Origin: Felis catus
Taxonomy: Eukaryota
Assembly: GCF_018350175.1 (NCBI RefSeq)
Contig: NC_058368.1
Coordinates: forward strand, 162,752,001-162,816,000
Reading direction: 5' to 3'
DNA length: 64,000 nucleotides
The position numbers and the translations under genes were made by a program. Every line of letters starts with the position of its first letter. Within the stretch, counting starts at the first letter, position 1. Shown here one piece after another: positions 52,841-64,000 of the stretch. The notes under the pieces were generated by a model. It was not told the DNA's origin. It did no database searches and saw only the letters and a list, made by a program, of their open reading frames with translations.

Positions 52841-54114
52841 TTTAAAGAGAAAAACAAGTTAGCTTTGAGTCTGTGTCTATGATATGGGTCCCTCTATGCC
52901 CAGGGCTAAGGGCAGCTGGTGGCAGAAGACCCGAGAAACGAGTAAGAAAAATACTCTTCCTGAATATGAGGAACCCATATTCGGAAGCCCTCATCCAACT
53001 GATGTAGGAACAGGAGATGAGCCAGGTGGCACCAGGGACTTCTTAGGGTGCTGTTGTTCATAAACGTAGAGGGTGGGTGGCAAACAGTTGCGCAAGGAAT
53101 CTCAGACAATTCAGGACTCTAGCTTTGTGGGAAATGAAAAGATGACAAAGCCTTTGCCTATGTAATCAACCTGCCTAGGATGCCAGCCTGCTCACTCATC
53201 TCGTATGGGAACCTGGGTCAAGAAAGTGATTTTCAAAAGCAGCTGTAACAGCATCTATATCAAGATGCTGTAAATAGAACAACACACTTTTATTAAATTA
53301 AAATTAGGACACAGACCACAAAAGTATTTTCATGGTGCAGAAGAAAAGTGTGAAGACACATTACATCATGAAACAAAGCAGTTATTTATCTGAAGGAAGA
53401 CAGCAAAGTGGAAATGAAATAACTTAGAAATGTGAGAGAAAGAAAGCAGAGATGAAACATGAGCTGGCAGAGCTCAGGAAAGAGAAAAATTAAGACCCCA
53501 TAGAAATGAAGATAAAATTGAAAGGGCCATAAAGGTGAAGAGACTAAAAAAACATAATAACAGTCATATAGTATAGAAATGAGAAAAATGAGAGAAATAA
53601 ATGATAAAGAAATAGAAGAAATGTTAACTGTATATGGTGGTCAAAGGAGATCACATATACACATAATTTAAGTACCTGAGAAAAAAACAATGTCATGGAA
53701 TAAAATACTCAAAGATATAATTTAAGAAAATGTCCCAAAAATCTAAAAATATGTATGTAAATCCATATACTTCAATTTCCATAACTGGGTGCCAGAGAAA
53801 CATGACATGAACAGTCATCACCAACACACAGCTTGGACTGGACTTTGAAGAGACACTGCAAATTGCACAGATGTATGGACTACTGAGAATATTCTTTCTA
53901 GAGAATACCAGCAGTCTACTGTGTATCAAGTGTCACAAACACTTCTAAATGACTTCAGAATACAGGTGGCCAGAGGCTACTGAGAACAATATAAGAATGG
54001 GTAAGAAATTTAAAAATGTCAGTGATCAAATTATGAATGTACAAATGAGAAACACTTTAGTTATGAATATGATAACTAACATATAGACCTTTCACTAAAA
54101 TGAAATATATCCTA

Positions 54115-54328
54115 GGGGCACCTAGGTGGCTCAGTTGGTTAAGTCTTCAACTTTGGATTTTGGTTCAGATCATGATCTCACAGTTAACAGTTCATGAGAT
54201 CTAGCCCCACGTCAGACTCCATACTGACAGCTCAGAGCCTGCTTGGGATTCTCTCTCTCCCTCTCTTTCTGCCCCTCCCCCACTTGTGCATGCATTCTCT
54301 CTCTCGAAATAAATAAACCTTTAAAAAA
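54115..54328 (+). mobile_element. Can-SINE
   Basis: 19-bp TSD taaaatgaaatatatccta at 54096-54114 and 54329-54347. Confidence 0.94.
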
Positions 54329-54639
54329 TAAAATGAAATATATCCTAATTTGCTCAGATTATATTGCTCAAGAGGGAAAAAAAAACGAAATAAATAAATA
54401 TACTTATGGTGCTTCTCAATACTCAAAGCTTTCACATACATTTCCTAACCTAACCTTTATAACTTTCTTTAATCATTTTATAAATGAGGAAACTGAAGCC
54501 CTAAGTCACATGCTATGCATAGTCAGGTTTTTCTAATATAACCAAGTACTCTGATTATAATCTTCTAATCCCCCGATGTATTCTCCGTGATCTCTAAATT
54601 ACAATTTAATAAGCTGAACCATCACCTAGAGAATTATAA

Positions 54640-54890
54640 AGCAAGATTTCCCAAGTATATTTTATGGAACCCTAAGCTTCTGAGAATTTCCATGAACCAA
54701 AGGCTTCTATGGTCAAATCAGTGAAGGAAATATTCTATTATTACACCCTCCTCTTAGAGAGTACTAAGCATGCATTTATACATGATACGATAAAGTTTTT
54801 CACATGTCATATATTCAAGTTACTTTTTCTCCATTAATGTATAATATCTCACAGAATATGCTTAGAAAACACACTTTTGAAGAATGCTGG
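54640..54890. mobile_element. Probable old hAT-Charlie MITE remnant
   Basis: Imperfect terminal inverted similarity (atttcccaagtat... versus ...acacacttttgaagaatgctg); family not certain. Confidence 0.4.
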
Positions 54891-56063
54891 TTTCAAGTAT
54901 CACAAAAGGGTCAAGTAAAACAAAAGAACCTTACGTAATTATTTTTTTTAATTTAACAATTGTATAGATAACTCACAGAGTTAGTTTTATCAGTGATCAC
55001 TTAATGACTCCTGTTGCCAAAATTTAGGATTTTGCCTTTCACCTTCTTTCTTACTACCCCTCTCCTTTGAAATGAACATCCAGAGTCACAAATGTAGAAA
55101 CTGAGAAGATGACTCCAAATCTCAATTTTAACCTTCCAGTATCTCTTATGCTCTAAAACTGTATTTCTAATGCCAGATTTCTACCTCATGTGCCGAAAAC
55201 AAAATTCATCACCATTCTCAAAAAACCACATTCTCTGCCTGACTTTCCAAAAACTGTTTACAACATCTATTTTCTAGTCAAGTTTAAAACATAAAAATCA
55301 TTCAACATCATATTCGTTGCCTAAAACGACCACACCATATGCTTTTCAGCCTGAAACTATACCCATTGTTCAAGTCCAGTTCAAATTCCACTTATTATTA
55401 AAAGTTTTCCCGAGTTGGCCAAAGGAAACTCTTTTTCTTCATTTACTATCTTTCTTCATTCAGTGACAATGAACCCTGAAGTTTTAAGTTGCACCAGGTT
55501 CTTGCTTATCATGCCTTACTTATATTTGATCTTTATTTATGTTAACAGCAATAACAGTTATATTTACTGAATGGTCATCTTATGCAAGATCCTTCCCTAT
55601 CATGTATTATCTAATCCCCAGAAACATCATATGGAGGAAGTACCGTTACTTTCCACGTTTTACAGAAGAGAAAAATCAGGACTAGATTAACTACTTGCAA
55701 AATCTCTAAGACTTAAGAGCCTAACCTTTTAACAGATTCATCTCATGGTTAATAATGACATAAAGTACAATTAATTGGTTACATAAATAATTTGGGATAT
55801 AAATTCAAAACATTTCTGTAAGGTTTCTATCAAAATAAAACAAAAGCAAAAACTTTTAATATAATTTCTTACAGTCAATCTACTTATCTTCTCTAAAATA
55901 CAAACCCCTGAAAAATAGAATCCAACACACTATGAATCTAATAAGAATGACCACAAATGCATAAAACCTTCGTAAAACATTAGAAAATCCTATGTATAAT
56001 CTTTACCAAGAAGTCTGAAATGTCTTAAAATAAATATATTGACTTTAAATTGTACAAAATTCT

Positions 56064-56275
56064 GGGGTGCCTGTGTGGCTCAGTCAGGTAAGCTTCCGAC
56101 TTTGGCTCAGGTCATGATCTCATGGTTCATTGAGTTCGAGCCCACCTAGGGCTCTGGGCTGACAGTTCAGAGCCTGGAGCCTGCTTCGGATTCTGTCTTC
56201 CATGCTCTCTCTGCCCCTCCTCCACTCACACTCTGTCTCTCTCAAAATAAATACATATTTTAAAAATCTTTAAAA
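56064..56275 (+). mobile_element. Can-SINE
   Basis: Full head, body and tail; degenerate TSD aaatt(g/a)taca(a/g)aatt. Confidence 0.92.
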
Positions 56276-56699
56276 AATTATACAGAATTTGTATGGATCT
56301 ATGATTCTGAATAAATTGAAATGGGAATCAAAAGTTTGCCTCTAAAATCAACCTATCTGAAAGGTTTTTTCTGGAGAATTTATGTCAAAACTCAATCAAA
56401 AACAATCAACACTTTCGTGTTGTTTCAACTATTCCAATATAGAGAAGAAAATATAAAACTTCCCAATTTGCTATAGAGTATTAGCACAACCTCATTTCAA
56501 ACAACAGCCATTTGTAAGGAGGAACTTTAAATCAAAATATTTTTAAGAGACTAAAATTAGAAAATATGTATGGATATTTTTTATGTATCAGGTAACACTG
56601 CAGTAGAATACAGACAAAAGGAATAACTGAAGGAAATTTAACTTTTTTTTATAGATATGGATTATTTTATGGGGTTGATTCTTTACAAAGGAAGACTTA

Positions 56700-56975
56700 A
56701 GGGAACAAACAGGTATTAACACCACTAGGCAGTTACCAAAACACTGCAGAAAGTGCATCTTAGGTTAAGGCACATACCAACTTCTGCACCAGCTCTGGTG
56801 GGAAACACGCCAGGAAAATAAACACTACAATCTCTTTCTTTCCAATATGTAAACTCCCACTGGCTAAGCCCAACTAGAAGCCAGAGGGCAAAAGTGCTAT
56901 AGTCCATGGGGCTTCTTCTCTTAAACAGAGTGATAAAATGAATGACAGATCTCAAAGGACAAAGGATATGCACCA
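56700..56975 (-). mobile_element. ERVL 3' LTR, LTR33-like
   Basis: ctcccactggctaagcccaactagaagccagagggcaa matches LTR33 as recalled; adjoins the ERVL internal sequence. Confidence 0.6.
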
Positions 56976-58704
56976 CTGTCCATTCTTTTTTGTTTCTTTT
57001 TTTTTTTTTTTTTGGTTTCTTAGTATCCATTTTTATCTTTGTCCAGATGAAAAACTGTAACACAAGAAATCCACAAAAACCTATCAGCAATACATCATCC
57101 TGGGGTAATACCAATCCAGTTATTCTCCCACCTCAAATCAACACTGAAACGTTGGTTATCACCAGTAGTCTTCACATAAGGTGTCAGAGAAAAACACGGG
57201 CAGTGGGATAATTAACAAGATCTATAGTACTTCGTTTTATAGCTGGTCAGAAAGCCTGAGATGACAAACATCCCTTCCTTTCCTGTCATCCAGGCTGTGT
57301 TCCCTTTATTTCCTTCCTGTACCTCAACAGGCCTGAGATATTACATAGCATCTACAAGTCTTCAGCTGTTTTATCTCTGTTTGCTTGCCATAGTTATCCT
57401 TTTAACAAATACTATTAGGTATGGGAGTGTTAAGAGTCACCCATCTGAATTCTCTCAGTCCGAAATACATTTTCTTGGACACTGTATAGAAACAACCCAA
57501 TTTCCCTTCCCCTCAGTAACTAGAACCTATCATTTCTGCCAGTTCAGTGATCATTTTCTCTTCCTGTTGATTATTTAATATAAATAGATAAAAATATAAT
57601 TAGGGTACATTCTCAGCTTTAACTTTAAAGAAATAATGACTGTGTTGTCTGATAGAAGCATGAATCCTTTGGGGACTAGGACTCCACGAGTCCAAGGCAG
57701 AAAGCAAAAATTGCATAAATGGATTTTTACAGAAGAGGCACTAATCCTTTGCCACTCCTTAGGTCTTTACCCTATGCATTCTGGCTATAAAGGATCCAGC
57801 AAAACAGAGTGGTTTCTGCCTTATTCAACACATACACCATGTTCACTAGGGTAGAAAATTTTATTCTGCAAATTATAACATAATAGACATCATTCCAGTA
57901 AATCGGTGATTTCTGGGTTTAGGGTACACAGGAAGACACACTGGTGAGTTTCATGAGCAGGAGTTTGCTACCATACTTCTTTTGTTGCAAATAAGTTTCT
58001 TTGTCAGAAATGATGTTGTGTAGAATATAATAATAATGAATAAGGCATTTCATAAGTCAAACAATGTTGAGTGTCGACAGAAGCACTGAAGGGCAGTGAA
58101 AAGAAGTTCATATATAGAATATATAGTTACATCAGGCAGATAATTTGCAACAAGGAGAGATATATTTTAACCACTTCTGGGTATACTGGTTGTTCTGGGG
58201 AATATTGGCATATCGGTAGCTCTCAGGACTGAGCCCCACGGTTGGTAAATCAAGCAATCCATATGCAGTGGGGGTAGATAGACCAGTCTTGATGAGGGAA
58301 AGGCATGTTTTTGAATCCATGCTTATACCATGATGGGCACTTTCTACATGGGAAAATTCCACAAGACACTGAGTGACATTCACTCTACAGACCATCTTTG
58401 TTCCTGATTGAAAACCTCTTCCACAAAGGATACCCTTAAGTGAGCATTAACAAGTAACAAAAATATCTTTACATTCACATACACAGTAATAAAAACAAGT
58501 AGCATACAAATTTGAGATGCCTACCTATATGGTTACTTATGCTTTCCAAACCTACTTGTATCTACCATTTCATTTAATAACAAATACTTCTTCACATGTC
58601 TAATTTTATGATTTGTTATAGTAGATAACACATACCTCATCATGGGGAGTTTAGGTCATAATCATGCTTATGTCTAACACGCCAGCATCTAGTAGCAACC
58701 CGAG

Positions 58705-58949
58705 TTTCTTTTTTTATTTTCAATGTTTATTTGAGAGAGAGAGAGCGTGCACACCCGTGGACATGTGTACCCCTCCCCCCCCCCACACACACACACATGT
58801 GCATTGGGGAGGGGCAAAGAGAGGGAGAGAGAGAAGCCCAAGCAGGCTCCAGGCTGTCAGTGCAGAGCCCGATGCAGAGCTCAGTTTCATGAACCATGAA
58901 ATCATGACCTGTGCCGAAACCATCAACTGAGCCACTGCCCAGGCACCCC
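58705..58949 (-). mobile_element. Can-SINE nested in ERVL
   Basis: actgagccact.cccaggcacccc head on the minus strand; (CA)n in the linker. Confidence 0.9.
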
Positions 58950-59453
58950 AAGAGTTGCTCTTCAAATGGAGAACACTGTAAGCAGACAAAAGTGTGGTCT
59001 TATGACAAAAACCTAGAGGCCTCACTCTGGAGGCCTGTCAGAGGCTCCCTACATCCTCCCTGTCTGCTAAAAACGATACCTATACGTGCTGCAGAACTTT
59101 ACCTTGTTTAAGTTCCTTAGACAACCTTAGACATTACCTTAGACATTACCTAATAAATACATTACATTAATGTATACAAATGAGGTAGGTGAGGTCTCCT
59201 AAATCCCAAAAAGTATACCAAGGGCTATTCAAGTGCAGAATGTACAAGGTGCAAAGTGGATACCACAACATGGTCCAGGCCCTACTGTCATGGTAAGCTG
59301 CTGATGTCTTTGTGGCTTTTCTCTAGCATACATATACTTTATTAAGGCTTCTAAAATATTTCAACTAACCAAGTCCAATTAGCTTAATACCATCAGTGTG
59401 AAGTTCAGCATGACGTTCTATGGGATAGTATTATGATCACAGTACCTCCAGAC

Positions 59454-59654
59454 CAGAGTTTCTCAACCTTGGCACTAGTGACATTTGGTGCTAGATAATT
59501 CCTTAATGAGGCAGGGGCTCTCCTCCAGGCTTTGTGGGATGTCTATCGGTGTCCCTGACCTCTACCCAGTGAGGCCAGTAGCACCCACCAATTCAGTCAT
59601 AACAATCAAAAATGTTTCTAGAAATAGAAAATTGGCCTCAATTCACAACCACTG
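59454..59654 (+). mobile_element. MER20 (hAT-Charlie) inserted in ERVL RT
   Basis: CAG.GTTTTCTCAACCTTGGCACT start, ...CAACCACTG end; 8-bp TSD ctccaga(c/t) at 59446-59453 and 59655-59662. Confidence 0.9.
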
Positions 59655-62600
59655 CTCCAGATCACATTATACCAAAGAGCAAGACAACATATGTAGTAAT
59701 CATATAAGAAAGTGGTGGTGTATTCTTGTTCCTCCACAGAAAAGCAAGCTATCTTGATTATCTGTGCAGTTGAAAAGTGAAAGAAAATATTTGCCACATC
59801 AAGAAATACATATAAGATGTCAGGCTCTATGTTGATTTGCTCCAGAAAAGGTATCAAATCTGGAAACGTGGCTAGTAGTATTATGTTTACTTTATGATTT
59901 AAAGTAATAAAAAATAAAATCAAAATAAAGTTATAATTAGTATTATGTTTACAGTGATCTAAAGTCATTTTCCATGACTTTCCCCTACATTTACACCAAA
60001 TTCATAAAAAAAGTGAGAATGTGGTAGGAATCACCACACCTACAACTTTCAGATCTTTGATGGTATCACTAAACTTCTTAATTCCCTTAAGGAATAGTAT
60101 TACTTCTGGTTTACTATCTCATTTAGGGGCTTCTAATTATTTCTTCCTACCATAAGATCACTCAATCCACAGGTCAGATAATCAATGTGGGGATTCTACC
60201 AGTTAGTGTATCTATTACCTTTCTACATACTAAGACTAGAGACAATTACAGGATGAGGATCTCACTGTGAGAGCAGTTTTGGACCAAGTCTATCATTGGA
60301 CCTCTATTAAGTCCCATTCTTAACAGTGGAGCATGGCACTATTCTAGAACTCCAGAGATCAGATCAGTTCAGAGCCATTACCTAATCACCTCCAGTGAGT
60401 ATGAATACTTGCCGTTCCCCTTCAACACTGGATAAGAGGCTTTAGGATGGGTTTAGGGAAAGAGAAAGCATCATATACTTCTGGCTTTGTTGTAAAACTC
60501 TTCAAAGAGATCTAGCCTCCCTCTCAATAATGAACTCTGTGTCTGTAAACTAGATCAGGTCTGGGAATTGGTAAAAGGGTTGTGAAGCCCTACAGTATTG
60601 ACTCAGATTGGGTTTCTTCCCATGAGACTTAGAATTTTCCCACTTATATATGTCAACTCAGTCTCTGAAACTTGTAACGGGGATTGGAGCCAACCTTGCC
60701 TCTGAAAGTCAGCATATCCCCTTAGCTTCTATCTCTCTAGGATCTGGATGGGCAAATGAAGAATATCCAGTACAACTTATAAACTACAGGTCTTTCTATA
60801 TTTGTAAAAAGCAAGGGTTACAATAAGAATATAAGATTCAATTAAATTTCATGGCAAAAACCCTGGGTGTTAATTCAATTTATTAAACACTGACAGAGTA
60901 GGTAATATTTTAGCTACTGAAAAAGATGAATTATGATCCCTGCATTCTCCCCAGAATTCAGTCTAATGTAGTAACAGTGGTAATTAATACTATAAAAATT
61001 AAAGCCTGACAAATACAAAATTTATATGCTTGAAATATTATAGTAATAAAAATAGACAAAAGGAAATTAAGCATAAATGCCAAAAAATGAACAGGAAATA
61101 TCAGAATTTAACAAATTAATATGAAGAATGGATAGAAATCATAGATTAAAGATAGCAATAAGTGAAATTTAAGTGAAAGTAAATAACATTAGGACTAGAG
61201 AATATACTTCAGTTTGAAGTAACCAGAATTCTGTCACAAAGATTGTATCCTGAAAAATGTCATATTTAGCAAAAACAAAAGACCAATATGTCCTCTTCTT
61301 AATACCACTGAGTCAATTTTAAAAATTCAGACAAAAGGTAAAATAGTTTTTATTATAGCCACTTATTAACTGCTTTTATAAAATTGAAATTGTAAACATG
61401 ACCAGATTGATGAGAAAATGGAGATAATAGGAAATACAATCTCTGAAAAGAAAATGGCATGGCTATAGATAATTTTTCAATAAAGAAATGTTTTTCACAT
61501 TATGCCCAAGGACCCCATGAACAATTTAGTTCTATTCAAGATCCTTAGAATTATTGCAAGAAAGAAATACAGTAAGTTTGTTTATTCATTAACTTTCTGA
61601 AACAGTTCCTTCCTCCCTTCTTCCCTTTCATGTGGCAGACTCTCTTGTGCATTATAGGATGTCCCTTTCCTTATTCAACAAATATCTGCTGTCTATCGTA
61701 TGCCAAATGATATGCTGAACAATGGTGCGAGCTTGTGCTGAAACTCTTTTTAAGTAACATAATTTAATATCCTACAGAGCTTTACGGGACATTGCCTTTC
61801 TGCCTCTTCCAATAACCCACATAACTGACAGTAATGACATTGTGGGTGGCCAGTGGATATCTGCCAAGTATTTTGGATGGACTGAAAGGGAACAGTAAGA
61901 TTAGAACTTTAGAGTTGGAAGAGACAACTGCTTCGCATTCAAATCATATAAAAGGTAAAATTCAGAAGGCCTTTGTGAGCAACAAAGATCAATTAAAACA
62001 GACTGTGACATGGATAAAAACAAGGCTCTGGCCCCATTGTTGATATCATTAAATGGATTAATGTGGCACAAGGAAATACTTTTAATTGGAAAATACAGCC
62101 TACATAAAAGTACCTAAGGGTATGACTCTCCCATTAGTCTGACAGGCTTACTTAAGTCCAGAGAGAGGCATGAGTTTAAGAAAGATACGCTCTATAACAA
62201 AACTAAAAATGTGGTTATTGGCACATATACCTGAATCAATTAGATAAGAAACTAGTTTGAAACCATTACGTCGTACCAAATGAACCACCAGCCCCTTCTC
62301 AGAGAGATTATGACTGAATGAGTATTAAAATGACCCTTAGTCCCAAATTTTATAGGTAAGAAACCGGATGACACAGATTCTAACCACCCAAGGAGTATAT
62401 TCTCCATTTGCCACCTTCAAATATAGCCAAAGATGAGAAAAAGGACCAAGAGAGAACACTGAGCCCCTCCCAAGAAGCAGGTTTACTCAAGGAACAAACA
62501 TAACATCTTCCCAATGGGATTTTAGGATTTCTCTGAACTAATGACATCTATGTATTTTCCCCTTTCCAACCAGTAATGATTACTGTGACAAATACATTTC

Positions 62601-62679
62601 TTACATGTTTGGGGTATTAAAGGGGGGGAAAAAACAGACACTGCTAATGCTAATGGGAATATAAAGAGTCAAAATTCAA

Positions 62680-63600
62680 AATGTGTCACAGACTTAAATG
62701 GAAAATGGAAAACTATAACACTTTTTGAAATAAAAAAACGTAGATAATCTTTAGGATCTAGGACTAGGCAAAGAATTCTTAAACTTGACAACAGAAACAT
62801 AGAAAGAAAAACTGACAAACTAAACATCAAAATTAAAAACTTTTGTTCTTGTGAAGAACCCTGTTAAAAGTAGGAAAAGACAAACTATACATTGGATGAA
62901 AATATTTGCAAATCACCTATCTGACAAAGACCTACGACTTAGGATACATAAGTAACTTTTAAAATTTAACAGTAAAATATAAACAATCCAGTTAGAAAAT
63001 AGGCAAAAACATAAACAGACATTACACTAAAGGTAAGTAAATGGCAAAGGAGCACAAGCAAAGATGCCCAATATCATTAGCCATTAGGAAAATGCAAGTT
63101 AAGGCCACAGTGAGATTTTATTGCAACCTATCAGAATGGCTAAAATAAAAAATAATACAGCACCAAATGATGGCAAGGATGAGATCACTCATACGTTGCT
63201 GATGGGCTATAAAATGGTACAGTCACTCTGGAAAACAGTTTAACAGTTCTCAAAAAAATAAATAAATAAATAAAATGACATAGAACTACCACATGACCCA
63301 ACTGTTCCACTCCTGGGCATCCATCCCAGAGAAATGAGAACTATGTTCACACAAAAATACGTACAAATGTTCACAACTTTATTTGTCAGAGCCAAAAAAC
63401 AGATGAACTCAGATGATCTTTAGTAGGTGAATGGTTAAACAAACCATGCATGGTACATTCATACCCCGAAATACTTAGTAATCAGCAATAAAAGGAATTA
63501 ACAATTGACAAACATAACCCAGATGAGTTTTTAGATAATTATTCTGAGTGCAAAAAAGCTAATTCCAAAATGCTAAATTCTGTAAAATGATCAAACGGTA
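62680..63600 (+). mobile_element. Old L1 (L1MB/MC-type) ORF2 3' fragment
   Basis: atatttgcaaatcacctatctgacaaag; aaaatggtacagtcactctggaaaacagttt; ccactcctgggcat..atcccagagaaatga. Confidence 0.8.
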
Positions 63601-63630
63601 GTAAAATCTTTAAACAAAAATATGTAATCA

Positions 63631-63832
63631 GGGGGGCACATGGGTGGCTCAGTAGGTTAAGTGTCTGACTCTTAGTTTGGGCTCAGGTCATGATCTCATG
63701 GTTCATTAGATCAAGCTCCATGGCAGGGTCTGCAGTGCTGAGCCTGCTTAAGATTCTTACTCTCTCTGCCCCTCCCCTATTCATATATACACATGCACTC
63801 TCTTTCAAAATAAATAAACAAACAAAAAAAAA
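63631..63832 (+). mobile_element. Can-SINE
   Basis: Head ggggcacatgggtggctcag; A-rich tail. Confidence 0.9.
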
Positions 63833-64000
63833 CAACCATTAAAAAGACAGTTATCCATCATGATGTAGTTTATAATATGAAAAATTTTCAAATATAAATA
63901 TTCAACTCTATGAGAATGGTTAAAATTTAAAATGGAATGTTACATAAGAATAAGAATGCTCAAAGGTTGCAAACTATACACAGTATTATATTAACTCTTC

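Larger units (their letters stand above)
56976..60660 (-). mobile_element. Decayed ERVL internal region (protease, RT, RNase H, integrase remnants)
   Basis: Minus-strand peptides LGNGSELI (~60385, cf. LDTGSELT); FPDLIPFLEQIN...LDVANIFF (ORF 59618..59968, cf. VPDVVSLLEQIN...IDLANAFF); HTDGIKLIG (from 59400, cf. YIDDIMLIG); VKIFLLLVNAH (~58450, cf. KIFVSHVNAH). Confidence 0.82.

Noticed and set aside
55747..55760. HNF1-like site GGTTAATAATGAC as a kidney enhancer
   Set aside because: Imperfect match expected by chance in AT-rich sequence; no supporting evidence
59116..59165. CCTTAGACATTA short repeats, and the other short repeats, as a CRISPR-like array
   Set aside because: Only 2-3 head-to-tail units without unique spacers, in mammalian intronic DNA; simple slippage
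36638..64000. SLCO4C1 exons 1-2, a promoter or a second gene
   Set aside because: No N-terminal OATP peptide or CpG island seen by eye or in the ORF track; the region is mostly repeats

Overview
This is AT-rich mammalian genomic DNA, almost certainly from a cat or other felid, judging by the feliform-type Can-SINEs and carnivore LINE-1. The window holds the 3' part of one gene on the minus strand: SLCO4C1 (OATP4C1, a renal organic anion transporter). I traced eleven consecutive coding exons by hand, equivalent to exons 3-13 (36637 down to the stop at 2125). All splice phases join into one open frame of 1568 nt (521 aa plus stop) containing the OATP signature [13 protein letters not shown] and the Kazal-like domain. 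Exons 1-2 lie beyond the right edge, and exon numbering follows my recollection of the human gene. The rest is intronic and dominated by transposons: two near-full-length dead L1s, several L1 fragments, about 21 Can-SINEs, MaLR/ERVL LTRs, a decayed ERVL provirus with a MER20 in its RT, a Tigger MITE, L2 and MIR. Apart from three ORFs overlapping exons in frame, the ORF track is repeat-derived or chance. I found no credible novel biological system. The best second-look items are a GC-AG intron, a recent 143-bp templated duplication carrying an E-box palindrome, the repeat-hemmed exon 6, a close inverted SINE pair and sense-oriented intronic L1 poly(A) signals.
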